A stretch of DNA of 64,000 bases, from the IMG/VR virus record IMGVR_UViG_3300033485_000001, positions 114,540 to 178,539 of that record, one strand, 5' to 3'. Positions 34,949-43,503 of the stretch are shown here, piece after piece. Source of the stretch: a virus. The translations under genes and the position numbers were made by a program. The notes under the pieces were generated by a model, which was not told the DNA's origin, made no database searches, and saw only the letters and a program-made list of their open reading frames with translations. Within the stretch, counting starts at the first letter, position 1. The number at the start of each line of letters is the position of its first letter.

Positions 34949-37087
34949 ATGTCTCACACATTCGACAGCATGCTCAAGGAAGCCACCGCGCTGCCCTGGA
35001 CGATGGGCGCGCGTCTCATGGTCGAGCTCCGCAGCACGGTGAGGGTTCCCGAGCAGCCGGTGATGACCAAGGAGGCTGCCCTCGGTCTCGTGAAGATCGC
35101 CAGGATCGTCAAGCAGGCCAAGGACCCGGACAAGGCGCAGCTGGCCCTCCAGCAGGCGGCCATGACCGACCCGAGCATCGTGCAGGCCATGGACTACCAG
35201 CAGGCCGAGAACGAGCGGCAGATGCTGATGGCGAAGGTCCAGGAGCTCCAGATGGTCGCCGAGACCGCCCAGGCGCAAGCTGCACAAGCGGATCAGCAGG
35301 CCCAAGCTGCGATGCAGCAGCAGGAGCAGCTGACGGCGGCGGCGCAGCAGGCCAAGCAGGAGCAGGTCAACGCCGTCATGGAGTCGATGCAGGCGAAGGA
35401 CCAGACCCTCCAGACCCAGGTCTCGGCCCAGCAGCATCGGCAGCAGATTGCCGGGTACGCCCAGCAGATGGCGGACCAGCTGAAGCAGATCGCTTCCACC
35501 AGTCCCGAGGAGCAGCAGATGCAGCAGGAGCAGGCTGCCGCCGAGCAGCAGGCTCAGCAGCAGGCTGCGATGCAGCAGCAAGGCGCGGATCAGCAGGCCC
35601 AGGGTCAGCCTGCGCAGCAGGGTCAGCCTCCGGCGAAGTCGAAGACCAAGAAGGAGACCGACGAGGCGCAGAAGGCGCAGCAGAAGGCGCAGGAGCAGAC
35701 TGCACAGGCGCAGCAGGCGCAGCAGGAGGAGGCGCAGCAGCCGCAGCCGCCCCAGGCAGCGATGCCCCCGAAGATGGGATCGGCCAAGCTCCAGAAGGTG
35801 GCCAACGCCTTCTACCAGGCTCGCCTCCAGAAGCAGGCCGCCATCGGTGTCGGAAAAGCCTACAAGCTGGGCAAGGCCGTTCGCGAGATGGGCAAGGCCA
35901 AGCGGATTCGCTACATGGGCGAGTCGACTCCTGCGAAGGAGTTCGTCGGCGACATCAACGAGGCGGTGAAGGAGGTCGCGTCCATCCCAGAGAGGATGGC
36001 GTACCACGTCGGCAAGCATCACGTCGCGTACAAGGGTGGTCTCATCGGTGGCGCGGTCGGTACCGCAGCGATCCCGATCGCCAAGCGGCTCCGAGAGAAG
36101 AGGGAGAAGACCTCGCAGTTCTCCGGGTCCAACGAGGGCGCTGGCGAGAGCCAGGGTGGCATCGGACAGCAGGGCGGCTTCGCGCAGTACGCCTCCATGG
36201 GCAAGACCGGCGCGTGCGGCGGCTGCGGCAAGATGTCCAAGATCTCCAACATGGGGAAGTGCGCGAAGTGCAGCGGCGGTCACTCCAAGCTCGCCGCCCT
36301 CATGCAGAAGCTCGGATCCGAACAAGAGGCCGCTCGCATCGGAGTGGACCTGGGCGTGAAGTGGGGCAGGGTCGACTTCACCCCCGCCGACCTGGCGAAG
36401 GGGATGGAGGTCGAGAAGGAACACCACCAGCCCGGCGTCGACGTCATGCCGGGTGAGGAAGCGCCCACGGTGACGGCCAAGATCGCGCTGGCTCACCTCA
36501 AGGAGAGGGGCGACTACTACGACCTGCTCGAGCCGAAGGTGGAGAAGGCACCCGGCGACAAGGTCTCCGAGGACAGGGAGAAGGTGGGCTTCTCGAAGGA
36601 GCAGGCGATGATGATCGCCCAACGGGTGCGGCTGATCAAGGAAGGTCAGCTAAAAAAAGCATCCAGGGGCTCCGCTGACGTTGCGGAGTCCCGCCACATC
36701 ACGAAGGAAGGTGGAGCTGAGGAAGCTGCGCGCGGTGGTCTCGGTCACACCCTCGGGTACGCCGCGCTCGGAGCGGCCATCGGCGGTGGCATCTCGAAGG
36801 CCAGGATGAAAGCGCACGAGCAGAAGTTCGGCCTCGATCAGCCAACCGGGAAGGAGCTGAAGCTCCACGGTGAGCTCGCGGCAGCCGAGGACATGGCGAA
36901 GAGGGATCCGTCCTACTCCAACAAGCTCCGGATCTCGAACCTCCAGTACAAGATCGACATGGAGAAGTTGGATAGGGAACATCCGAACCGTGCCAGCGTC
37001 CGGGGTGCCACGAGGGGTGCGCTGATCGGCGCAGTGGCTGGGCCGCTCGCCCATCGTCTCCTCGGCAAGGTTCTCAGGAAGGGGTAA
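34949..37087 (+). CDS. Mosaic virion protein: Gln-rich coiled coil, glycine zippers, Zn knuckle, DUF5661-like domain
   Basis: Q-rich at about 35140-35770; LAKGMEVEKEH...AKIALAHLKERGDYY; many K-x-A/G sites. Confidence 0.75.
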   Translation: MSHTFDSMLKEATALPWTMGARLMVELRSTVRVPEQPVMTKEAALGLVKIARIVKQAKDPDKAQLALQQAAMTDPSIVQAMDYQQAENERQMLMAKVQELQMVAETAQAQAAQADQQAQAAMQQQEQLTAAAQQAKQEQVNAVMESMQAKDQTLQTQVSAQQHRQQIAGYAQQMADQLKQIASTSPEEQQMQQEQAAAEQQAQQQAAMQQQGADQQAQGQPAQQGQPPAKSKTKKETDEAQKAQQKAQEQTAQAQQAQQEEAQQPQPPQAAMPPKMGSAKLQKVANAFYQARLQKQAAIGVGKAYKLGKAVREMGKAKRIRYMGESTPAKEFVGDINEAVKEVASIPERMAYHVGKHHVAYKGGLIGGAVGTAAIPIAKRLREKREKTSQFSGSNEGAGESQGGIGQQGGFAQYASMGKTGACGGCGKMSKISNMGKCAKCSGGHSKLAALMQKLGSEQEAARIGVDLGVKWGRVDFTPADLAKGMEVEKEHHQPGVDVMPGEEAPTVTAKIALAHLKERGDYYDLLEPKVEKAPGDKVSEDREKVGFSKEQAMMIAQRVRLIKEGQLKKASRGSADVAESRHITKEGGAEEAARGGLGHTLGYAALGAAIGGGISKARMKAHEQKFGLDQPTGKELKLHGELAAAEDMAKRDPSYSNKLRISNLQYKIDMEKLDREHPNRASVRGATRGALIGAVAGPLAHRLLGKVLRKG

Positions 37088-37095
37088 AGGACACC

Positions 37096-37635
37096 ATGCT
37101 GAACACCATGTTGGAGAAGCAGGCTTCTCAGATCAAGACAGCAGCGGATCAGTTCCGCATGCTTTCACGTGAGCTGGACAAGCTGGCGTTCACCCCAGAC
37201 CCCACCCGCAAGGTGGAGGGGATGGACGCGCTCCTGGCCGTGAGAGACTACAACTCGCCGGTCTACAAGCGCCACCGCGACAAGCCCGGTGCCGTGGACG
37301 AGCTCCTCGGAGAGGACGCGCTGCACACCGTTGCGAGGGTGGCCAACCTCCCGAGCGAGGTGCAGGAGCCCCCGATGGCTGCGGAGCACGGGGACGACAG
37401 CCGCAAGTCGGCGGTCGAGAACAAGGCCCTCGGCACCGTCGGCATGACGTGGGATCCGAAGGCGCCCGTCAAGACCGTGCCGAGGCTCGTCGCCGATGCG
37501 CTCCCAGGAACAGGAGGGGCGGCGAAGCCGCAGCCCAACATCCCCAAGTCGGCCAGCAGGAGGACTTCGATTCAGCAGGCCATCGCCAAGTTGGCAGCGC
37601 AGGGGAGGATCAGAACCCTGGAGAACTGGCGGTAG
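37096..37635 (+). CDS. Hypothetical head-associated protein
   Basis: MLEKQAS, IKTAA, RELDKLAF motifs. Confidence 0.7.
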   Translation: MLNTMLEKQASQIKTAADQFRMLSRELDKLAFTPDPTRKVEGMDALLAVRDYNSPVYKRHRDKPGAVDELLGEDALHTVARVANLPSEVQEPPMAAEHGDDSRKSAVENKALGTVGMTWDPKAPVKTVPRLVADALPGTGGAAKPQPNIPKSASRRTSIQQAIAKLAAQGRIRTLENWR

Positions 37636-37639
37636 CGCG

Positions 37640-38524
37640 GTGCTGAAGGTCACCAAACTCCAGGTGAAGTCCCTCGAGCTTGATCACCTCGACGTGTACT
37701 GGGAGATCGAGGACTCGTCCGAGGATGCGTGGGACTACACCTTCACGATCGAGCGCAGCGAGTCCCCGATGGGACCGTTCGATCAAGTGAGCGAGCCGTT
37801 CTCGGACAAGTACAACTTCCGAGACTCGATCGTGAACCTCTACAGCCGGTGGAGGCAGCTCTGGTACCGGATCAAGGTCACGAAGAAGTCGGACGGGGTG
37901 TACGACTACACCGAGGCCGTGACCCAAGAGGCCAGGCCGCCGTTGGACGCCCTCGAGGTCCGCAGGCTCGAGCTGATCGCGTTCCGAGAGCACATCGGTC
38001 GGCTCGTGTGGATCTTCCCAGTGCGTACCTTCGGCCAGCGGTGCCCGGACTGCTACGACAAGAGGAGCGGCAACCGTCGCAGATCGAACTGCCCCACCTG
38101 CTTCTGCACAACCTACGTGCGTGGCTACCTGGACCCCATCGCCACGTACATCCAGATCGACCCGAGCCCCAAGCACGCGGAACCTCTCCAGCTCGGGAAG
38201 ACGGAGCAGTCGAACACGTCGGCCAGGACCCCCTACTTCCCGCCCCTCAAGCCGAAAGATATAATCGTAGAAGCTGAGAACAGGCGATGGAGGATCGAAA
38301 GGGTAAGTACAACGCAGCGGCTCCGAGCGGTGTTGCACCATGAAATCGTGATGCACGAGATCCCGAAGGCGGACATCGAGTACACGATCCCGATCAACAT
38401 CGATGACCTCATGGCACACGAGCCGAGTCCGCAGCGTGAGTTTACGAACCCCCACAACCTCGAGAGCTTGGACGGGGCCGAGTTCATCAACAACCTCCTC
38501 ATGGGGTATGGGTACAGGCCGTGA
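37640..38524 (+). CDS. Neck/head-closure protein with FN3-like N-terminus and Zn finger
   Basis: LDVYWE...FTIERSESPMGPF (FN3-like); CPDC...CPTC; probable GTG start at 37640. Confidence 0.65.
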   Translation: MLKVTKLQVKSLELDHLDVYWEIEDSSEDAWDYTFTIERSESPMGPFDQVSEPFSDKYNFRDSIVNLYSRWRQLWYRIKVTKKSDGVYDYTEAVTQEARPPLDALEVRRLELIAFREHIGRLVWIFPVRTFGQRCPDCYDKRSGNRRRSNCPTCFCTTYVRGYLDPIATYIQIDPSPKHAEPLQLGKTEQSNTSARTPYFPPLKPKDIIVEAENRRWRIERVSTTQRLRAVLHHEIVMHEIPKADIEYTIPINIDDLMAHEPSPQREFTNPHNLESLDGAEFINNLLMGYGYRP

Positions 38525-38718
38525 TCGACTTCCGGGCATTCAGTGATGAGCTGGTGAAGATCGCCGGGGGTCTCATACTGCCGAGGCCGGCTCAGGTCTC
38601 AGAGGGAGTCTCGAACCTGAAGAGGATGCAGCGGTTCTCGAGCGTGATAGGTAGGCCCGACGTCAAAGCTGGGAAGAACATCCTTGGTGGGAACCTCGTC
38701 GGATCCGGAGTTCGGTGA
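38521..38718 (+). CDS. Small protein with RAFSDELVKIAGG tag
   Basis: First of three tandem tagged ORFs. Confidence 0.7.
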   Translation: MIDFRAFSDELVKIAGGLILPRPAQVSEGVSNLKRMQRFSSVIGRPDVKAGKNILGGNLVGSGVR

Positions 38719-38987
38719 TGTACGACCTGATCACAATGGCCGCGTTCAGTGACGAGCTACAGAAGATCGCTGGCGGGGAAGCCCTGCTGAGGACCGCAGA
38801 GCCTGCTGCGCTGGGGTTGTTCGGCAAGGGGAGGCTCGCAGAGCCCCTCATGCAGTATGTCGGACGCAGCGGGGAGTTTCTGAGCAGCAAGGCGGTCCCG
38901 GCGAGTCGGAAGGGCAGCATCCGGCGCCTGGCGAAGGGGTTCTACGAGAAGCACAAGCGGAGCGCGCCACAGGGCATGTTCCCGTGA
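38718..38987 (+). CDS. Small protein with AAFSDELQKIAGG tag
   Basis: 5' end nearly identical in DNA to that of the 38995 gene. Confidence 0.7.
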   Translation: MYDLITMAAFSDELQKIAGGEALLRTAEPAALGLFGKGRLAEPLMQYVGRSGEFLSSKAVPASRKGSIRRLAKGFYEKHKRSAPQGMFP

Positions 38988-38994
38988 GGACGTG

Positions 38995-39399
38995 ATGTAC
39001 GACTTGATCTCCATGGCCGCGTTCCGGGACGAGATGACGAAGCTGGCGCAGTACTCTGCGCAGCGCGTCGACCCGCAGGCCATCGAGCTACAGCAGGCGC
39101 TCGACCAGGACCAGAGCCGCAAGGACCTGAACCGTCAGGCTCTCGGACAGTTCTTGAAGGACACGGCCATCGTTGCAGGAGGCGTGGGTGCCGGCTACGG
39201 TCTGGGTCGCCTGACCGTGGATGCGCTCAAGAAGTTCCGTGGACCGTCTTCCTCTCCGTGGAGGACTGCCATCGCTGCGACGCTCCCAGTGGTCGGTGGT
39301 GGAGCAGCACTCGTCCTGCGCGGGAAGATGCGTGAGGAGCAGGATCGCAGGCTTCAGGAAGCGTACCAGCGCGGCCTGCAAGCACGGGGTATGCAGTGA
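38995..39399 (+). CDS. Small two-helix membrane-type protein with AAFRDEMTKLAQ tag
   Basis: Tag plus AIVAGGVGAGYGLG and IAATLPVVGGGAALVL helices. Confidence 0.72.
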   Translation: MYDLISMAAFRDEMTKLAQYSAQRVDPQAIELQQALDQDQSRKDLNRQALGQFLKDTAIVAGGVGAGYGLGRLTVDALKKFRGPSSSPWRTAIAATLPVVGGGAALVLRGKMREEQDRRLQEAYQRGLQARGMQ

Positions 39400-40241
39400 G
39401 CGTGTCGGTCCCCACCGTCGCCCCCGCTCCGAGGGGTAGCAGCTGGGCGGAGAACCCGCTCGAGCACCTGGTACGTCTGTGCCTGATCTTCCTCCAGGAG
39501 CTGTGGAAGGAGGCGCCGCCAGGGAACTTCAAGTGGGACCCCGACGAGACCATGACGGAGCTGCTCATCACGGACGACGCGCCGATCGAGCCCGAGGTCA
39601 TCGAGAAGCGACCGGCCATCGTGTCCGTCCTCTCGCAGTGCGGGTGGGCCGGCATCGGCTTGGACCAGCTCCAGAGCTTGAGCATCAGGACTGGAGAGCG
39701 CGTCCACACGGACATGATCTCCGGGAACATCACGATGAACTGTCTCTCCAGGGTGAAGACCGAGGCGCAGCTCATCGCTTGGGTGACGGCGAACCACTTC
39801 TGGGTCTTGAAGTACATCCTCATGAAGCTCGGCTTCCACAAGATCGGTGAGCAGACCCAGATCCTGGCTGCGTCTCCACCGGGCGCTCTCATCTCCGGTG
39901 ACACCGAAGCTGAGATCGTCAACGTGGCGGTTGTGATCCCCTACCACTTCCAGCACTCCGTGACGGTGAGTGAGGAAGGGCTGCGGGTTCTGAATAGGAT
40001 CGAGCAGACGATCACTGTGATGATGGCGAATCCGTCGAAGCCGACCAACCAACTCGCGGAAGGCGGCTGGGGAACCGGGCTCTACCAGTCAGATGGGAAG
40101 AGGGCCGAGTTCCAGAACATGAAGGGCAGAAACATCCGGCCACCGACGTTCAGGGGCCGGCCGTTGGCGCCGAGAAACTACATCGGTGGTGGGAAGGCGG
40201 ATCCGCCTCTCCAAGTAACGGTTGAGATCAACGAGGAGTAG
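39396..40241 (+). CDS. Tail terminator/completion protein (probable)
   Basis: Immediately upstream of the sheath; alpha/beta pattern KRPAIV...GNITMNCLS. Confidence 0.55.
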   Translation: MSVSVPTVAPAPRGSSWAENPLEHLVRLCLIFLQELWKEAPPGNFKWDPDETMTELLITDDAPIEPEVIEKRPAIVSVLSQCGWAGIGLDQLQSLSIRTGERVHTDMISGNITMNCLSRVKTEAQLIAWVTANHFWVLKYILMKLGFHKIGEQTQILAASPPGALISGDTEAEIVNVAVVIPYHFQHSVTVSEEGLRVLNRIEQTITVMMANPSKPTNQLAEGGWGTGLYQSDGKRAEFQNMKGRNIRPPTFRGRPLAPRNYIGGGKADPPLQVTVEINEE

Positions 40242-40246
40242 AGAAC

Positions 40247-43200
40247 ATGGCAGCTGCAATCCCCGAACTTCCGCAGCCTGGTGTACAGGTCGTCCAGGAG
40301 TACACGGATCAGACCCCTGTCATCGTGATCCCGACGCTGGTTCCGTGCGTGGTCGGGGTTGCGAAGGAGATCCGTGAGCTCTACGACGCGGACGGCACGC
40401 TCAACTCGGACATCATCGTGGATGGCCCGGCCATCGCGGTGGCGCCCAACGATCAGACGAGCTACACGGCGATGGACGCGCTCACGCTCCAGGTCCGTGT
40501 CAACGGCGGGGTCCTCCAGACCTTCACGATGCCCACCGGGGCGTCTCCGCCCACGACCATGACGGCGCAGGAGGTGGCCATCGCCATCAACAGCGCCGCG
40601 CCTCCGCCCGTCAACTTCGCGGCCTACGTGCTGCCGGAGGACTCGGACGGCGATGGCGTGGACGACAAGTGGTACCTCGAGCTGCGCTCGACGGCCACGG
40701 GTGAGGACACCTCCATCCAGGTCGTCGGCGGCACGCTGCTCACGGGCGGCGGCGGCAACAAGTTCGGGTGGGGCGTCGGGCAGACCTTCTACGGTCTGGG
40801 CGCCTACATCCAGGACGCGGTCTACCTGAAGCAGTCCAGCTTCCCGGATCCGCGTGGCAACCTGGACGAGCTCGACATCGACGAGGACTCGATCAGGGTC
40901 TTCGTGGACCTGGGCACGGCGCCAAGGGAGTTCCTGCGGGACGAGTCGTTCCTGCGCCGGGGCTCCTACTACAACGCCGTCGGCCCGGTCTACGGCGTGA
41001 CCCCGGTGGACGATGGCGACGGCGACACCATGTCGCCCTACGTCGACTTCAAGGACCTCCTGGCCGTGGTCCCCAACTTCCTGGCCCTGGCCGGCGCCGC
41101 GTCGCTGACCGGCATCGTGGACCTCTCCACCTTCCAGCCGCTCCACGGCAAGGAGCTGATCCTCCAGGTCGATGGTGGCGGGAAGCAGACGATCAAGTTC
41201 TACGGCCAGCCCATCATCTCGACCGACTCGGCAGGTGGCGGTGGGTGGGCCTTCGGCGGCTTCGGCGGGACCACGCTCAAGCTGCTCGTGAACGGCGTGG
41301 CGCTGGACGTGCTGTTCCCGGTGGTGGCGAACATCACTCAGGTAATCGCTGCCATCAACGCCGCGTCGGTGGCGGCCTTCGGTGTCAACGTCGCCTACGA
41401 ATGCGACTCCGTCGGAGTGGCTGGGGCGGGCGGCTACATCGGATTCTTCTACGGGGCGCAGCCGGCAACGAACATCGTCTCCAACACCGAGGTTCAGGTG
41501 GTGGCGTGGGCTGGCCCGTCGGCATCCCAGAGCGCCATCATGGGTGACCTCCTCGCCCACTACCAGCTCCTCGGCAAGAACGCCGGCGCGGAGCCCGTGA
41601 ACGACGTGGTGGAGCAGATCAACGCCGTCTACCCGTCGGGCATCGCCTCGTGGGTGGGCGGCACGCTGAAGCTCCTGAGCACGACCTCGGGGTACGAGTC
41701 GAAGATCGAGATCGACGTGAACAGCACGGCGTGTGGCACCCCACCCCCACCCATCACTGATCTCCTGGGTCTCGACGTGTGGACCAACGGCTACGTCTAC
41801 TACGGCACCCCGTTCCCGGTGCGGATCGGCGACGCCGTGTACGGCGACGGGACCTTCCTCGGCAACGTGAGCGAGATCCACCCCATGGCGACCCAGGGGC
41901 GAATCAAGCTGGATCGGGAGGTTTCGCTGACCGGCCGGTGGCAGTACTGGTACTTCCTGGCGAAGAACCTGGACACGGTCCTCAGCAGCCAGTGGGGCGT
42001 CACGGTCCCGACCCCGGACCTGTACCTGGACACCCAGGGCAACGTCCACCTCAAGCAGGACTTCCTGCGGGACATCTACGGCATCCCGGTGTCGACGGCG
42101 AGGGTCTCCCTCTACGTGGCCTACACCGCCGTGCGTCTGGACGTCACGTCCGAGGCGGATCAGCCTGCGCTCCTGACCTTCAACAACGTGACCGAGCTCG
42201 AGGCAGCACTGAGCCCGGTCACCCCGGAGAACCCGCTGGCCTACGGCGTGTTCTGCGCGCTGGGCAACTCGAACGGCGTGGCCGTCTCCTGCATCGGCGT
42301 CTCCGAGACGACGGCGGACAAGCCCTACGGCACGCTGGCGGGCTTCATGAAGGCGTTCGACTTCCTCGAGGCGTGCGAGGTCTACGGTGTCGGCGTCCTC
42401 ACGCAGGACCTCGACGTCGCCCTGGCCGCACAGCAGCACGTCGACGCGATGAGCGAGCCCGAGATGAAGGGCGAGCGGATCGCCTGCATCTACCTCGGCA
42501 GGCCGACGCGGAAGGTGGACACCATCATCTGCTCCGGGAACGACGGCGACACCGTCACGGGCACGCCGACCTACCTGGACACGGCGATCCCGAACCTCTC
42601 CCAGCTGCTCCTGGACGCCGGCCTCAACCCGGCCTCCTTCACCATCGCGGACGGGGTCTTCATCGACCTGTCGGCGGACGGCTACAACTGGAACGTGATC
42701 GGTCCGGTGGTGGGCGGCACCCAGCTGCGGGTCAACACGACCTTCGCCCCCGGCCAGAACGACGACGGCTTCTACCACGACGTCATCGGGGACTTCCCGA
42801 CCATCATCAGCGGGGCCTTCTCGGTGAAGATCCGTGGGGCGGCCATCACGGACAAGGACGAGGAGGTCGAGACCGTCTACTACCGTGGCCAGGGCTTCTC
42901 GGACCGGCGCGTGTGGATGGTGCAGCTCGACCAGCTCAAGGCGACGGTCAGCGGCATCGATCAGCTGGTGCCCGGCTTCTACATGACGGCCGCCAAGGTC
43001 GGCCAGATCGGCGGGCTCAACCCGTCGCAGCCGCTCACCAACTTCCCGATCGCCGTCTTCACGGGCGTCACCGGGACGACCGACAGGTACAACACCACCC
43101 AGCTCAACAAGATGGCGGCGGGTGGCGCGGACCTGATCATCCAGGAGAACGCCAACGTCCCGCTCACCTCGCGGATGCAGGTCACCACCAGGATGACCAG

Positions 43201-43495
43201 CATCGAGGAGCGCGAGCAGTCGATCGTGAAGGCGGTCGACTACTGCGCGAAGTTCTACCGCATGAGCCTGAAGGTCTACATCGGGCGGTACAACATCACG
43301 CAGGCGTTCCTCGACACGCTCTCGACCGTGGCCCAGGGCCTCGGCCGCTGGCTGGAGGAAGAGGGCAAGGTCGTCGCGGGCGCGGAGCTGAACAACCTGA
43401 TCCAGGACGAGGACAACCCGGACACGGTCCTCGTCAACGTGACCATCGATCCGCTGTACCCGTGCAACTACATCGTCATCACGCTCGTCGTATGA
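40247..43495 (+). CDS. Contractile tail sheath protein with inserted beta-sandwich domains
   Basis: N-terminal PGVQVVQE; C-terminal DEDNPDTVLVNVTIDPLYPCNYIVITL; extreme codon bias. Confidence 0.88.
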   Translation: MAAAIPELPQPGVQVVQEYTDQTPVIVIPTLVPCVVGVAKEIRELYDADGTLNSDIIVDGPAIAVAPNDQTSYTAMDALTLQVRVNGGVLQTFTMPTGASPPTTMTAQEVAIAINSAAPPPVNFAAYVLPEDSDGDGVDDKWYLELRSTATGEDTSIQVVGGTLLTGGGGNKFGWGVGQTFYGLGAYIQDAVYLKQSSFPDPRGNLDELDIDEDSIRVFVDLGTAPREFLRDESFLRRGSYYNAVGPVYGVTPVDDGDGDTMSPYVDFKDLLAVVPNFLALAGAASLTGIVDLSTFQPLHGKELILQVDGGGKQTIKFYGQPIISTDSAGGGGWAFGGFGGTTLKLLVNGVALDVLFPVVANITQVIAAINAASVAAFGVNVAYECDSVGVAGAGGYIGFFYGAQPATNIVSNTEVQVVAWAGPSASQSAIMGDLLAHYQLLGKNAGAEPVNDVVEQINAVYPSGIASWVGGTLKLLSTTSGYESKIEIDVNSTACGTPPPPITDLLGLDVWTNGYVYYGTPFPVRIGDAVYGDGTFLGNVSEIHPMATQGRIKLDREVSLTGRWQYWYFLAKNLDTVLSSQWGVTVPTPDLYLDTQGNVHLKQDFLRDIYGIPVSTARVSLYVAYTAVRLDVTSEADQPALLTFNNVTELEAALSPVTPENPLAYGVFCALGNSNGVAVSCIGVSETTADKPYGTLAGFMKAFDFLEACEVYGVGVLTQDLDVALAAQQHVDAMSEPEMKGERIACIYLGRPTRKVDTIICSGNDGDTVTGTPTYLDTAIPNLSQLLLDAGLNPASFTIADGVFIDLSADGYNWNVIGPVVGGTQLRVNTTFAPGQNDDGFYHDVIGDFPTIISGAFSVKIRGAAITDKDEEVETVYYRGQGFSDRRVWMVQLDQLKATVSGIDQLVPGFYMTAAKVGQIGGLNPSQPLTNFPIAVFTGVTGTTDRYNTTQLNKMAAGGADLIIQENANVPLTSRMQVTTRMTSIEEREQSIVKAVDYCAKFYRMSLKVYIGRYNITQAFLDTLSTVAQGLGRWLEEEGKVVAGAELNNLIQDEDNPDTVLVNVTIDPLYPCNYIVITLVV

Positions 43496-43503
43496 GGTAG
43501 CCG

